DNA from: Lawsonibacter sp.
GTDB taxonomy: Bacteria; Bacillota; Clostridia; Oscillospirales; Oscillospiraceae
NCBI GenBank assembly: GCA_050251755.1
Contig: JBFWME010000003.1
Span: forward strand, 15,821 to 79,820
Length of the DNA stretch: 64,000 nt
Direction of reading: 5' to 3'
This document shows positions 1 through 10,073 of this stretch, piece after piece (positions within the stretch are counted from its first letter, which is position 1; each line of letters begins with the position of its first letter). The notes beneath the pieces are model-generated. The model was not told where the DNA came from. It did not search any database and saw only the letters and a list, made by a program, of their open reading frames with translations. The position numbers and the translations under genes are program-made.

Positions 1-2
1 TC

Positions 3-389
3 TCATCTCCGGACCCCCGTACCCTGCTGATCCAGCCCTGGGACGGATCTCTGCTGAAGGCGATTGAAAAGGCCATTCAGACCTCTGATCTGGGCATCAA
101 TCCGCAAAACGACGGACGTGTGATCCGCCTGGCTTTCCCCCAATTGACGGAGGAGCGGCGCAAGGAGCTGACCAAACAGGTCAAGAAGTACGGGGAAGAG
201 GGCAAGGTGGCGGTGCGGAACATCCGCCGGGACGCCATGGACGAGATCAAGAAGAAAACCAAGAAGGCGGAGTTGACCGAAGACGACCAGAAGAATCTGG
301 AAAAGGAGCTTCAGGAACTTACCGAAAAGCGATGCAAGGACATTGACGACTTGACCGCAAAGAAAGAGAAAGAACTGATGGCGGTCTGA
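3..389 (+). CDS. frr: ribosome recycling factor (5' partial, runs off window)
   Basis: Frame reads [12 protein letters not shown]...[24 protein letters not shown]...[10 protein letters not shown], a typical RRF; it precedes uppS as in the conserved cluster. Confidence 0.97.
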   Translation, partial: SSPDPRTLLIQPWDGSLLKAIEKAIQTSDLGINPQNDGRVIRLAFPQLTEERRKELTKQVKKYGEEGKVAVRNIRRDAMDEIKKKTKKAELTEDDQKNLEKELQELTEKRCKDIDDLTAKKEKELMAV

Positions 390-412
390 ACACAGACCTG
401 TCACTGCATGGC

Positions 413-444
413 GGCCGCGGGGCTGGGTATCCGTTCCCGCGGCC
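413..444 (+). terminator. GC-rich hairpin after frr (possible weak terminator)
   Basis: GGCCGCGGG (413-421) / CCCGCGGCC (436-444), followed by only CTTTG. Confidence 0.3.
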
Positions 445-513
445 CTTTGCCGGTTTTGAGACATTACAGGTTCTGGAGCATGGATGTGTCTTCAGGCCAG
501 ATCGAGGTGCCCT

Positions 514-1263
514 GTGGCCTTTTTTCAAAAGAAAACCAATCCGACAGAATCCCAGGTTGACTTTCAGCACCTTCCACGCCACATCGCCATTATTATGGAT
601 GGAAACGGCCGCTGGGCCAAACGGCTGGGCTTGCCCCGCAGTGCCGGTCACGCCGCCGGGGCGGAGAACTTTCGAACCATTGCCACCTACTGCAAGGAGA
701 TCGGGCTGGACTATCTGACGGTATACGCCTTTTCCACGGAAAACTGGAGGCGCCCTGAGGAGGAAGTTTCCGCCATTATGGGTCTGCTGAAAAAGTACCT
801 GCTGGAGGCCATCAGCAGGATGGAGCGGGACAAAGTGAAGATGGAGTTCTTCGGGGATCTTTCTCCTCTCACTCCGGAACTGCGGGAGCTGTGTGAGCGC
901 ACCCGGGAAATTTCCAGGCACTACGATGGCTGCCAGGTGAACGTCTGCCTGAATTACGGCGGACAGGATGAATTGATGCGGGCGGCCATGGCCTATGCTC
1001 AGGACTGTGTGGAGGGCCGGGCGGATCCAAACCATCTGACCCGGGATCAGTTTGGCGGATATCTCTTTTCCAAGGGAGTTCCGGACCCCGACCTGGTCAT
1101 CCGGCCAAGCGGGGAACTGCGGCTGTCCAACTTTCTGTTGTGGCAGTCCGCCTACGCGGAATTCTATTTTACCGATGTGCTGTGGCCCGACTTCTCCAAA
1201 GAGGAACTCCACCGGGCCATCGCGGTCTACCAAAGCCGAACTCGTCGATTTGGAGGTGTCTGA
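514..1263 (+). CDS. uppS: undecaprenyl diphosphate synthase (isoprenyl transferase)
   Basis: Motifs HIAIIMDGNGRWA, YAFSTENWRRP, RPSGELRLSNFLLWQ; GTG start at 514 chosen after GAGGTG RBS (ORF track opens at 484). Confidence 0.97.
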   Translation: MAFFQKKTNPTESQVDFQHLPRHIAIIMDGNGRWAKRLGLPRSAGHAAGAENFRTIATYCKEIGLDYLTVYAFSTENWRRPEEEVSAIMGLLKKYLLEAISRMERDKVKMEFFGDLSPLTPELRELCERTREISRHYDGCQVNVCLNYGGQDELMRAAMAYAQDCVEGRADPNHLTRDQFGGYLFSKGVPDPDLVIRPSGELRLSNFLLWQSAYAEFYFTDVLWPDFSKEELHRAIAVYQSRTRRFGGV

Positions 1264-2083
1264 TTTGCTGATTCGAATCATCGTGTCTTTGGCACTGGCG
1301 CCACTGTTTTTCGGCGTTGTGTTTTTCTTGCCTCCTATTTTTTTGGCGGTGTTGGTAGCTATGATTTCGGCCTTGGCATCTTATGAGCTGCTGCGGGCTA
1401 CTCAGGTAGCCCATCACAATCGAATGTATGTCTATACCGCCCTGGCCGCAGCTATGATTCCACTTGGACACTGGATGGGCTATGGCTACCTTGTAACCAG
1501 GGTAGCGTCTTTACTGCTGATGACAGTCCTATTTTTGGCGGCCATCCGCCTGTATGACCATGAGAAACCGGTAAGCTTTGAGCAGGTGATGGTGTGTCTC
1601 TTTGGCGGCCTGATCATCCCCGTGTGCCTGTCCGCCTTGGTGCAGCTAAAGGGAATGGAAAACGGCCGCTATCTGGTGCTGCTGCCCGTAATTTGCGCCT
1701 TTCTCACCGACGCAGGAGCCTATTTTGTGGGAATGTTTTTGGGCAGACACCGGGGAATCACTCGGGTTAGTCCCAATAAGTCGTTAGAGGGCTATGTCGG
1801 GGGAATTCTGTCCGGCGCTGTATTTTTGTTGCTCTATGGTTTGATTTTACAAAAATTTGCCCATTTGACGGTATCTTTTCCTGCTTTGGCGCTCTATGGG
1901 TTACTGGGCAGCGCGATCACCGAGCTGGGCGATTTGTCTTTCTCTCTGGTCAAGCGGCAGTACGGCGTTAAGGATTACGGGAATCTGCTCCCGGGTCACG
2001 GCGGCATGCTGGATCGCTTTGATTCCATGATCTTTGCCGCGCCCATGCTCCTGCTGCTGGTGGAACTGTTCCCGGCCTTTTGA
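1256..2083 (+). CDS. cdsA: phosphatidate cytidylyltransferase
   Basis: Multi-TM protein with SPNKSLEG and KRQYGVKDYGNLLPGHGGMLDRFDS; start approximate, overlaps uppS stop. Confidence 0.95.
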   Translation: MSDLLIRIIVSLALAPLFFGVVFFLPPIFLAVLVAMISALASYELLRATQVAHHNRMYVYTALAAAMIPLGHWMGYGYLVTRVASLLLMTVLFLAAIRLYDHEKPVSFEQVMVCLFGGLIIPVCLSALVQLKGMENGRYLVLLPVICAFLTDAGAYFVGMFLGRHRGITRVSPNKSLEGYVGGILSGAVFLLLYGLILQKFAHLTVSFPALALYGLLGSAITELGDLSFSLVKRQYGVKDYGNLLPGHGGMLDRFDSMIFAAPMLLLLVELFPAF

Positions 2084-2208
2084 CCAAGGATACAATCTGC
2101 CGCAGATGAAGAGCAACGTATTCCGTAAAAGAAGCGATAAGAAGTTTTTTGGCAGCGCTCTTCTGATTCTTTGAAAAAAGAATTTGGGACGAATTTAAGG
2201 TGAAACGT

Positions 2209-3345
2209 ATGAGAAAACGCATTTCTATTTTAGGCTCCACCGGATCGATCGGGCGGCAATCATTAGAGGTGATTGCCGCCTGCGGCATGGAGGTGGCTGC
2301 CCTGACGGCGAACTCCAGCGTCAAGCTGTTGGAGGAGCAGGCCCGGCAGTACCATCCGGAGCTTACGGTACTGATGGAGGAGCGGGCGGCTGCCGACTTG
2401 CACGTCCGGCTGGCCGATACCAATGTCCGGGTGCTGTCCGGACTGGAGGGGCTAATGGAGGCCGCTGCCATTCAAAGTGCCGACACCGTGATTACCGCTG
2501 TGGTTGGGATGGTTGGCCTGCGTCCTACCTTGGCCGCCATTCGGGAGGGCAAGCGGATTGGATTGGCCAATAAAGAAACTCTGGTTTGTGCTGGCCAGCT
2601 GGTGCTGGAGGAGGCAAAGGATTATGGCGCCCGGATCCTCCCCGTGGACTCTGAGCACTCGGCGCTGTTCCAGTCTTTGGAGGGAAACCGAGACAGGGGA
2701 GAGGTAAAACGGCTGATCCTCACCTGTTCCGGAGGTCCTTTTTTTGGAAAGACAGCCCCTGAACTGAAAACAATGACAAGGGAAGACGCCTTACGGCATC
2801 CGAACTGGTCGATGGGGGCAAAAATTACCGTGGACTCGGCGACTCTGATGAATAAAGGCTTGGAAGTAATCGAGGCCATGCACCTGTATCACATGCCGCC
2901 GGAGAAAATTTCCGTTGTGGTCCACAGAGAGAGTATCATTCACTCCTTGGTGGAATACTGTGATAACGCGATGATTGCCCAGCTGGGCACCCCGGACATG
3001 CGCCTGCCCATCCAATATGCCCTAACCTGGCCCAAGCGGGTCCCTGGGCCGGCCAGGGCGCTGGATCTGTGGAACTGCGGCCCGCTGACCTTTGGAAGCC
3101 CCGATCTGGACACCTTTCGCTGTCTAGGGCTGGCATTGGAAGCGGCAAAGACCGGCGGGACTGCCGGTGCCGTGCTCAATGGCGCCAACGAGGCGGCTGT
3201 GGCGCAGTTTTTGGCGGGCAAAATTGGATTTTTGGACATCGGTGACAAGGTGGCTCAGGCCATGGCAAGGGTTCCGGTGGTACAGAATCCGACGTTGACC
3301 GATGTGCTGGAGGCCGATGCTGCCGCGCGGGAAGCGGCCCGGTAA
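2209..3345 (+). CDS. dxr: 1-deoxy-D-xylulose-5-phosphate reductoisomerase
   Basis: ILGSTGSIG, LANKETLV, PVDSEHSALFQ, HPNWSMGAKITVDSATLMNKGLE. Confidence 0.98.
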   Translation: MRKRISILGSTGSIGRQSLEVIAACGMEVAALTANSSVKLLEEQARQYHPELTVLMEERAAADLHVRLADTNVRVLSGLEGLMEAAAIQSADTVITAVVGMVGLRPTLAAIREGKRIGLANKETLVCAGQLVLEEAKDYGARILPVDSEHSALFQSLEGNRDRGEVKRLILTCSGGPFFGKTAPELKTMTREDALRHPNWSMGAKITVDSATLMNKGLEVIEAMHLYHMPPEKISVVVHRESIIHSLVEYCDNAMIAQLGTPDMRLPIQYALTWPKRVPGPARALDLWNCGPLTFGSPDLDTFRCLGLALEAAKTGGTAGAVLNGANEAAVAQFLAGKIGFLDIGDKVAQAMARVPVVQNPTLTDVLEADAAAREAAR

Positions 3346-3378
3346 GCATCGCTATTTTCATCTGCTTATGGAGGTCCT

Positions 3379-4440
3379 ATGTTGTATATCATTATCGCCA
3401 TCCTGATTTTTGGCATTCTGATTGCCACCCATGAGTTAGGTCACTTTGCCACAGCCAAATGGCTTGGTGTCAAGGTGAACGAATTTTCGGTTGGGATGGG
3501 TCCGGCTATTTTCAAAAGACAGAAAGGAGAAACGCTTTATAGCCTTCGCGCGTTTCCCGTGGGCGGCTACTGCGCGATGGAAGGGGAGGATGACGATTCC
3601 GCCGACCCACGCTCCTTTGGCAAAGCCGCCATGTGGAAAAAAATCATCATTCTCTGTGCCGGTGCGGCCATGAATTTTCTGACGGGACTGCTGCTGTGTC
3701 TGATTCTGGTGCTTCCCTTTCTCCGTTTGTATCAGCCGGTCATCGTCAGCTTTGCCGATGGGTTTCCTCTGGCCGGAAGCGATGGCCTGATGGCGGGGGA
3801 CCGAATTTTGTCCATCGATGGCGAGCGGGTCTATGTTTATGACGATGTGACACTGCTGTTCTCCCGGAGCAACGGCAAAACCATGGATCTGGTGGTGGAG
3901 CGCGACGGGAAATCGGTTCGGCTGGATGATCTGCCCCTGTATCCCCGAGAATACACCGAGGATGGGAAGACCCAGCTGCGCTACGGCATCAATTTTCTCA
4001 TTGAGCCGGCTACTGCCAGTGGAAAGCTGCGGGAGGGCTGGTACATGGCGGTTGACTTTGTGCGACTGGTGCGGCTGAGTTTGGGAGACCTGATTTCCGG
4101 AGCCGCCGGGCTGCGGGATTTGTCCGGCCCGGTTGGCATTGTGGGCGTGATGAGCGACGTGGGAAGCTCCGCCACAACAGTCAGCGGCGCTCTGTATGGG
4201 CTGGCCTATTTGGCTGCGTTGATTGCCGTCAATCTTGCGGTGATGAATCTGCTGCCGCTGCCTGCCCTGGATGGGGGACGCATCTTCTTTCTAATCTTAA
4301 ACGGCGGGCTTTATGCCCTGTTTCGGAAGAAAATTGACCCCAAATATGAGGGTTACGTCCATATGGCCGGTTTGGCCGCCCTGATGGCGCTGATGCTGGT
4401 GGTTACCCTCAGCGACGTAGGGAAGCTGTTTGGACGGTAG
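3379..4440 (+). CDS. rseP: RIP metalloprotease RseP (M50, PDZ)
   Basis: HELGH (HExxH), NLLPLPALDGG, central PDZ-like GL.AGDRILSIDG. Confidence 0.95.
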   Translation: MLYIIIAILIFGILIATHELGHFATAKWLGVKVNEFSVGMGPAIFKRQKGETLYSLRAFPVGGYCAMEGEDDDSADPRSFGKAAMWKKIIILCAGAAMNFLTGLLLCLILVLPFLRLYQPVIVSFADGFPLAGSDGLMAGDRILSIDGERVYVYDDVTLLFSRSNGKTMDLVVERDGKSVRLDDLPLYPREYTEDGKTQLRYGINFLIEPATASGKLREGWYMAVDFVRLVRLSLGDLISGAAGLRDLSGPVGIVGVMSDVGSSATTVSGALYGLAYLAALIAVNLAVMNLLPLPALDGGRIFFLILNGGLYALFRKKIDPKYEGYVHMAGLAALMALMLVVTLSDVGKLFGR

Positions 4441-4485
4441 AGCTTCCTTTCAAAAACCGAATACCAGGTAAGAGGAGTGCGAACG

Positions 4486-5523
4486 ATGACAAAACAGATT
4501 CAGGTGGGCGGTGTCCCTGTGGGCGGAGGGGCCCCGGTATCCATCCAGTCTATGACCAACACCCGGACGGACAACGTGGAGGCCACTCTGACCCAAATCA
4601 GAGCACTGGCTGCCGCCGGGTGCGAGATTATCCGTGTGGCGGTTCCAGATCTGGAATCTGCCCGGGCGGTAGGGAAGATCAAGGAAAATAGCCCGTTGCC
4701 CGTGGTGGTGGACATTCATTTCGACTATAAGCTGGCATTGGAAGCGATTGCAGCCGGAGCGGACAAGGTGCGCATTAACCCCGGCAACATTGGGGGAGAG
4801 GACCGGGTAAAGGCGGTGGCCGATGCTTGCCGCCGGCATCACATTCCCATCCGCATCGGGGTCAACGGCGGCTCTCTGGAGAAGAGCATTTTGGCCAAAT
4901 ACGGACGGATCTGCCCGGAGGCCATGGTGGAATCCGCGTTTGGCCACATCCGCTTGCTCAACCAGTTTGACTTTGACGACATCTGTGTCTCGCTCAAATC
5001 CTCCAGTGTTTCCACTACCATGAAAGCCTATCAGCTGATGGCATCAGAAAGCAATTATCCGTTACATATTGGCGTCACGGAGGCTGGCACGGTGCGCATG
5101 GGGACCTTAAAGTCCGCGATTGGCATCGGCGGCCTGCTGGCGCTGGGCATCGGGGATACCATGCGGGTATCCCTGTCTGCCGATCCGGTGGAGGAGGTGT
5201 ACGCTGCCCGGGAGATTCTAAAGGCGGCGGGGATTCGAAAGGAAGGAGCGGAGCTGGTATCCTGCCCCACCTGCGGCCGCACCAGAATTGACCTGATTTC
5301 GTTGGCGAACCAGGTGGAAGAGCGGCTGAAACAGGTGGAAAAACCCATTACCGTAGCCGTGATGGGTTGTGTAGTCAATGGACCGGGCGAGGCTTCCGCC
5401 GCCGACTGCGGCATTGCCGGAGGCGAGGGAGAGGGCCTACTGTTCCAAAAAGGTAAAATCATCAAAAAGGTCCCGCAGGATCAGCTGGTGGACGAACTGT
5501 TCGCCCTGATTGAGACGCTTTAA
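4486..5523 (+). CDS. ispG: (E)-4-hydroxy-3-methylbut-2-enyl-diphosphate synthase
   Basis: SIQSMTNT, RINPGNIG, CPTCGR, GCVVNGPGE; ATG 4486 after GAGGAG. Confidence 0.97.
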   Translation: MTKQIQVGGVPVGGGAPVSIQSMTNTRTDNVEATLTQIRALAAAGCEIIRVAVPDLESARAVGKIKENSPLPVVVDIHFDYKLALEAIAAGADKVRINPGNIGGEDRVKAVADACRRHHIPIRIGVNGGSLEKSILAKYGRICPEAMVESAFGHIRLLNQFDFDDICVSLKSSSVSTTMKAYQLMASESNYPLHIGVTEAGTVRMGTLKSAIGIGGLLALGIGDTMRVSLSADPVEEVYAAREILKAAGIRKEGAELVSCPTCGRTRIDLISLANQVEERLKQVEKPITVAVMGCVVNGPGEASAADCGIAGGEGEGLLFQKGKIIKKVPQDQLVDELFALIETL

Positions 5524-5574
5524 GGGGACGACGGAATACATGCATGTGCGTGGACGAAGGAGAATCAAGAGTCA

Positions 5575-8500
5575 ATGTCCAAAAAGATACCCTTTTTAAC
5601 TATGTTTGCCGCGCTGCGCCGCTGGACCGAACTGGCTCTGGCGGTGGAGGGCTGGCTGATTGTGTCTGCGGCCATTGACAAAGCCGACCGCAGCGCAAAA
5701 ATTGTGGTGGCGGGCGCGGCGGGCGCGGGCCCAAACCTGCTCCGGGAGGCTGAGGAGGCGGTGTGCCGCGCCTACGGGTTGAATGCGGTGAAAATTCAGC
5801 TTGCCGCGCCGACACCGGCTGCACCGGCCACCGTTTCACCGGGCGGGAATCCGAACAAGCCGACTGCCCGGAAAACGGATCAAACCGTTGTATCGGAGGC
5901 GGCGCCCGGATCAAACGATTCTACCCAGCAAGACGCGTTTGCCCGGGCTGAGGCCATCCGGAAGGCGGCCATGAAACGTGTGGCCAGCCGTCCCGTTGCC
6001 TCAAATGGGAACAAAAAACCGGCTGGGAGAGCAATCTTCGGCAAAACCATTTCAAAAGCGCCCATGCCCATCGGGGATCTGGAGCTGGATATGGGCACGG
6101 TGGTGGTAGAGGGCGACGTCTTTGCCATTGACAACCGGGAACTGAAAAAGCGTGGGGCCTGGGTGGTGGCGTTTGACCTCACCGACTATTCCGGCTCCAT
6201 CCGGGTCACAAAATTTTTTCCCGGCGACGAGGGCAAGCCCTTGGCGGACGGCATCAAGAAGGGGATGCATCTCAAGGTCCAGGGCCGGCTGAATATGGAC
6301 CGGTTCTACGGGGATATGGTTCTGGAGCCAATGGCCGTTGCCACGGCGGAGAAGACGGGGAAGGAAGATAAGGCGGAGGAGAAGCGGGTAGAGCTCCATC
6401 TCCATACGACCATGTCCTCCATGGACGCCCTGACCTCCGTGAATCCCAAGCTTGGCTCAGACCGGAACGTGGTGAAGCGGGCGGAGGCCTGGGGCCACCC
6501 GGCGATTGCCATCACGGATCACGGAGTGGCCCAGTCCTTCCCGGATGCGTGGCACTCCGCCAAGAAAATCAAGCTCCTTTACGGAGTGGAGGCCTACTTT
6601 CTCAACGATGTGGATGACCGTGTGGTGATTCATGGAGAGACGGGCGCGGCCTTTGAGGATGAAATTGTCTGCTTTGACATTGAAACCACCGGACTGAATA
6701 AAAAGCACGAGGTCATCATTGAAATTGGCGCTGTGGTGCTGAAACACGGGGAGATTACCGACCGGTTTAATACCTTCGTGGCGCCTGAGCGCATCTTGTC
6801 CCCGGAAATCATACACCTCACCGGTATCACAGACGAGATGCTGGTGGGGGCTCCCTCTCAGGAGGAGGCGTTGAGAGCCTTTTTGGCCTTTGCAGGGACT
6901 CGGCCCCTGGCTGCCCACAACGCCGAGTTTGACATGGGATTTATTTCTGTCGGATGCCGGAAGTATGGAATTCCATTCCAAAACCCCTCAATAGACAGCT
7001 TAGTTTTGGCGCAAAATTTGCTGCCGGATCTGGGAAAATATAAACTGGACATTGTGGCGGAACATCTCCATCTGCCTGCCTTTAACCACCACCGGGCCAG
7101 CGACGATGCGGCGGTTGTAGCCTATATGCTGCCTCATTTCTTCCGCATGCTGAAAGAAAAAGGCCTGCGTCATCTGGGAGAGATCAACGCTTACATGCCA
7201 AAGCTGCGCAAAGGGGGAAAGGCAAAACGACAGCCCAAGCACCTCATCGTGTTGGCCAAGAACCAGACCGGCTTGCGCAACCTGTACAAGCTCATCTCCC
7301 TGTCCCATTTGGAGCACTTCAAGCGCGTACCCATCATCCCAAAATCCTTAATCAACGAAAACCGGGAAGGATTAATCATCGGCTCCGCCTGCGAGGCTGG
7401 AGAGCTGTTTGAAGCGGTGACCCGGGGAAAAGATTGGCAGGAGTTGAAGCGAATCGCCTCCTGGTACGACTATTTGGAGATCCAGCCCATCTGCAACAAC
7501 ATGTTTATGCTGCGAAAGGGCATGGTTCGCAGCGAGGAGGAGCTGCGGGACTTTAACCGTACCATTGTAGCGCTGGGGGAAGAGATGGGTAGGCCGGTGT
7601 GCGCAACCGGAGACGTCCATTTCCTGGACCCGGAGGACGAGATTTACCGCCATATTCTCCTGGCCTCTAAGGGCTTTGAGGATGCCGACGAGTCGTTGCC
7701 CATCTACTTTAAGACCACCGACGAAATGCTGAAGGAGTTCTCGTATCTGGGGGTGGAAAAGGCGCGGGAGGTGGTGGTCCAAAACACCAACCGGATCGCC
7801 GACTGGTGCGACCCCATTGAGCCTCTGCCAAAGGGGTTGTTTGCCCCGAAGCTGGAGGATTCTGACGGGGAGCTCAAGCGTCTGGTATGGGGGAAAGCAT
7901 ATGACCTTTACGGCGAGAATCCGCCCCAAATCGTAGTGGACCGCATCGAGGCGGAGCTGGGAGATATCATCCGCTGCAAATACGACGTGATTTATATGTC
8001 TGCCCAAAAGCTGGTGCAGAACTCGCTGGAGCACGGTTATCTGGTGGGATCACGTGGCTCGGTTGGTTCCTCTCTGGTGGCCTTTATGTCCGGCATTACG
8101 GAGGTAAACTCTCTGCCTGCCCACTACCGGTGTCCAAACTGTAAGCATTCCGACTTTGAGTTCGGCCCTGCCAACGGATATGGCTGCGGCGCGGATATGC
8201 CGGATGCCGACTGTCCCATCTGCGGGACCAAATATGTGAAGGATGGTTTCAATATCCCCTTTGAGACATTTTTGGGCTTTGGCGGCGACAAGGTGCCGGA
8301 TATTGACCTGAATTTTTCCGGCGAGTACCAGTCCAGCGCCCACCGGTACACCTTCGAGCTGTTTGGCCAGTCCCATGTGTTCCGGGCGGGCACCATCGGA
8401 ACCGTGGCCGAAAAAACCGCGTTCGGCTATGTGAAAAAGTATTTGGATGAGAAGGGAAAAACCGCCTCTAAGGCGGAGGAAAATCGACTGGCGATCGGCT

Positions 8501-9738
8501 GTACCGGTGTGAAACGGACCACCGGACAGCATCCTGGCGGTATGGTCGTCATCCCGCAGGATAAGGAAATCTACGATTTCTGTCCTGTGCAACACCCCGC
8601 CGACGATCCGAACAGCGATATTATTACCACCCATTTTGAATATCACTCTATGGAAAGCAATCTGCTGAAGCTGGACATGCTGGGGCACGATGATCCGACC
8701 ATGATCCGTATGCTGGAGGATCTGACCGGGGTGAATGCCCGTGAGATCCCCCTGGACGATCCGGACACCATGTCCCTGTTCCGTTCCTCCAAGGCGCTGG
8801 GCTACGAAAACGACAAAATTTTAGGCCCCACCGGCGGTACCGCCATTCCTGAGTTTGGCACCTCCTTTGTTCGGGGCATGCTGGAGGAAACGCAGCCCAA
8901 CCAGTTTGATATCCTGGTTCGGCTGTCCGGATTTTCCCATGGCACCGACGTGTGGCTGGGCAATGCCCGCGATTTGATCCTGGATCTGGGGATCCCGGTC
9001 GGCGACGCCATCGGCTGCCGCGACGATATTATGCTCTACCTGATTAAAATGGGGTTCAACCCCAAACGGGCCTTTAAAATTATGGAAGCGGTTCGAAAAG
9101 GACGGGGCCTGCCCGAGGGGGCAGAGGATGAGATGAAGGCGCACAACGTGCCGGATTGGTACATCGGCTCCTGTAAAAAAATTGCCTATCTGTTTCCAAA
9201 GGCGCACGCCGTGGCCTATGTGATGATGGCCTTCCGCATCGCCTGGTTTAAGGTCCATCGGCCGCTTGCCTTTTACGCCGCCTACTTCTCCATCCGCGCG
9301 AAGGCCTTTGACGAGGCGTTTATGTGCCGGGGCATGGATGTCTGCCGGCAGAAGATGCGTCAGATCGTTGCAAAGGACAAGGAGGCCTCCGCCGTGGAGC
9401 AGGACATGCTTACCACGCTGGAGGTGTGCTACGAATTCTATCTGCGGGGGTTCACCTTTGATCGATTGGACTTGTACAAGTCGGAGTCCATTCATTTTAC
9501 CGTGGACGAGACGCGGAATGCCCTTCGCCCGCCCTTTGTGTCGGTGGCCGGACTGGGCGAAACGGCGGCGATTTCCCTGGCGGAGCAGCGAAAGGGGAGA
9601 AGCTTCATCTCCATTGAAGAGGTCTCCGCCGCCTGCCCGAAGGTATCAAAGACCCACATTGAGCTGCTGAAAAATGCTGGCGCCTTCGGGGACCTGCCTG
9701 AGACCAGCCAGATTGATTTGTTTGCCATGCTGATTTAA
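5575..9738 (+). CDS. polC: DNA polymerase III alpha subunit, PolC type
   Basis: PHP motifs ELHLHTTMS/AITDHG, inserted exonuclease FDIETTG, GSRGSVGSS, Zn finger CPNC...CPIC, KVPDIDLNFSG; 1387 aa. Confidence 0.98.
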   Translation: MSKKIPFLTMFAALRRWTELALAVEGWLIVSAAIDKADRSAKIVVAGAAGAGPNLLREAEEAVCRAYGLNAVKIQLAAPTPAAPATVSPGGNPNKPTARKTDQTVVSEAAPGSNDSTQQDAFARAEAIRKAAMKRVASRPVASNGNKKPAGRAIFGKTISKAPMPIGDLELDMGTVVVEGDVFAIDNRELKKRGAWVVAFDLTDYSGSIRVTKFFPGDEGKPLADGIKKGMHLKVQGRLNMDRFYGDMVLEPMAVATAEKTGKEDKAEEKRVELHLHTTMSSMDALTSVNPKLGSDRNVVKRAEAWGHPAIAITDHGVAQSFPDAWHSAKKIKLLYGVEAYFLNDVDDRVVIHGETGAAFEDEIVCFDIETTGLNKKHEVIIEIGAVVLKHGEITDRFNTFVAPERILSPEIIHLTGITDEMLVGAPSQEEALRAFLAFAGTRPLAAHNAEFDMGFISVGCRKYGIPFQNPSIDSLVLAQNLLPDLGKYKLDIVAEHLHLPAFNHHRASDDAAVVAYMLPHFFRMLKEKGLRHLGEINAYMPKLRKGGKAKRQPKHLIVLAKNQTGLRNLYKLISLSHLEHFKRVPIIPKSLINENREGLIIGSACEAGELFEAVTRGKDWQELKRIASWYDYLEIQPICNNMFMLRKGMVRSEEELRDFNRTIVALGEEMGRPVCATGDVHFLDPEDEIYRHILLASKGFEDADESLPIYFKTTDEMLKEFSYLGVEKAREVVVQNTNRIADWCDPIEPLPKGLFAPKLEDSDGELKRLVWGKAYDLYGENPPQIVVDRIEAELGDIIRCKYDVIYMSAQKLVQNSLEHGYLVGSRGSVGSSLVAFMSGITEVNSLPAHYRCPNCKHSDFEFGPANGYGCGADMPDADCPICGTKYVKDGFNIPFETFLGFGGDKVPDIDLNFSGEYQSSAHRYTFELFGQSHVFRAGTIGTVAEKTAFGYVKKYLDEKGKTASKAEENRLAIGCTGVKRTTGQHPGGMVVIPQDKEIYDFCPVQHPADDPNSDIITTHFEYHSMESNLLKLDMLGHDDPTMIRMLEDLTGVNAREIPLDDPDTMSLFRSSKALGYENDKILGPTGGTAIPEFGTSFVRGMLEETQPNQFDILVRLSGFSHGTDVWLGNARDLILDLGIPVGDAIGCRDDIMLYLIKMGFNPKRAFKIMEAVRKGRGLPEGAEDEMKAHNVPDWYIGSCKKIAYLFPKAHAVAYVMMAFRIAWFKVHRPLAFYAAYFSIRAKAFDEAFMCRGMDVCRQKMRQIVAKDKEASAVEQDMLTTLEVCYEFYLRGFTFDRLDLYKSESIHFTVDETRNALRPPFVSVAGLGETAAISLAEQRKGRSFISIEEVSAACPKVSKTHIELLKNAGAFGDLPETSQIDLFAMLI

Positions 9739-9978
9739 AAGGCGGCGGACGGGGCCCCACGCAGTGGGGCGGCCGGTAGGCCGTAAATTCCTTGGGCAGA
9801 TATTCAATATCCAGTTGCGAAACCGTGATCCACCCATATTGGCAGCACTTCCGGTCTTGTCCATACCACTGGAGTGCGCTGGAACAGGGGCAGACCGAGA
9901 ATTGAATCCCGGGCTGCCCCTGTAGCTACACCGCCCATATTTTTTTGATTCCATATCCTTATTTTGGAGGATATGCTA

Positions 9979-10007
9979 TTGACAGTTCTTTTTTAGAGTA
10001 GTATATT
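9979..10007 (+). promoter_or_regulatory. sigma-A promoter of his operon
   Basis: TTGACA (9979-9984), 17 bp, TATATT (10002-10007). Confidence 0.8.
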
Positions 10008-10021
10008 AGCGTGGTAAAGAA
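10002..10021. promoter_or_regulatory. candidate HisR (YerC/TrpR-like) operator
   Basis: TATATTAGCGTGGTAAAGAA fits the recalled 20-bp HisR consensus YACTTTANYNNRNTAAAGTR with 3 mismatches; overlaps -10 and the expected TSS. Confidence 0.5.
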
Positions 10022-10073
10022 TAAAAGCGGAGGGGAGAAGTCTGCCCAAACCGCAAAACAAGGAGCGATCCGA

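Noticed and set aside
9646-9954. 102-aa minus-strand ORF overlapping polC 3' end
   Set aside because: SD too close to ATG, overlaps polC, no motifs
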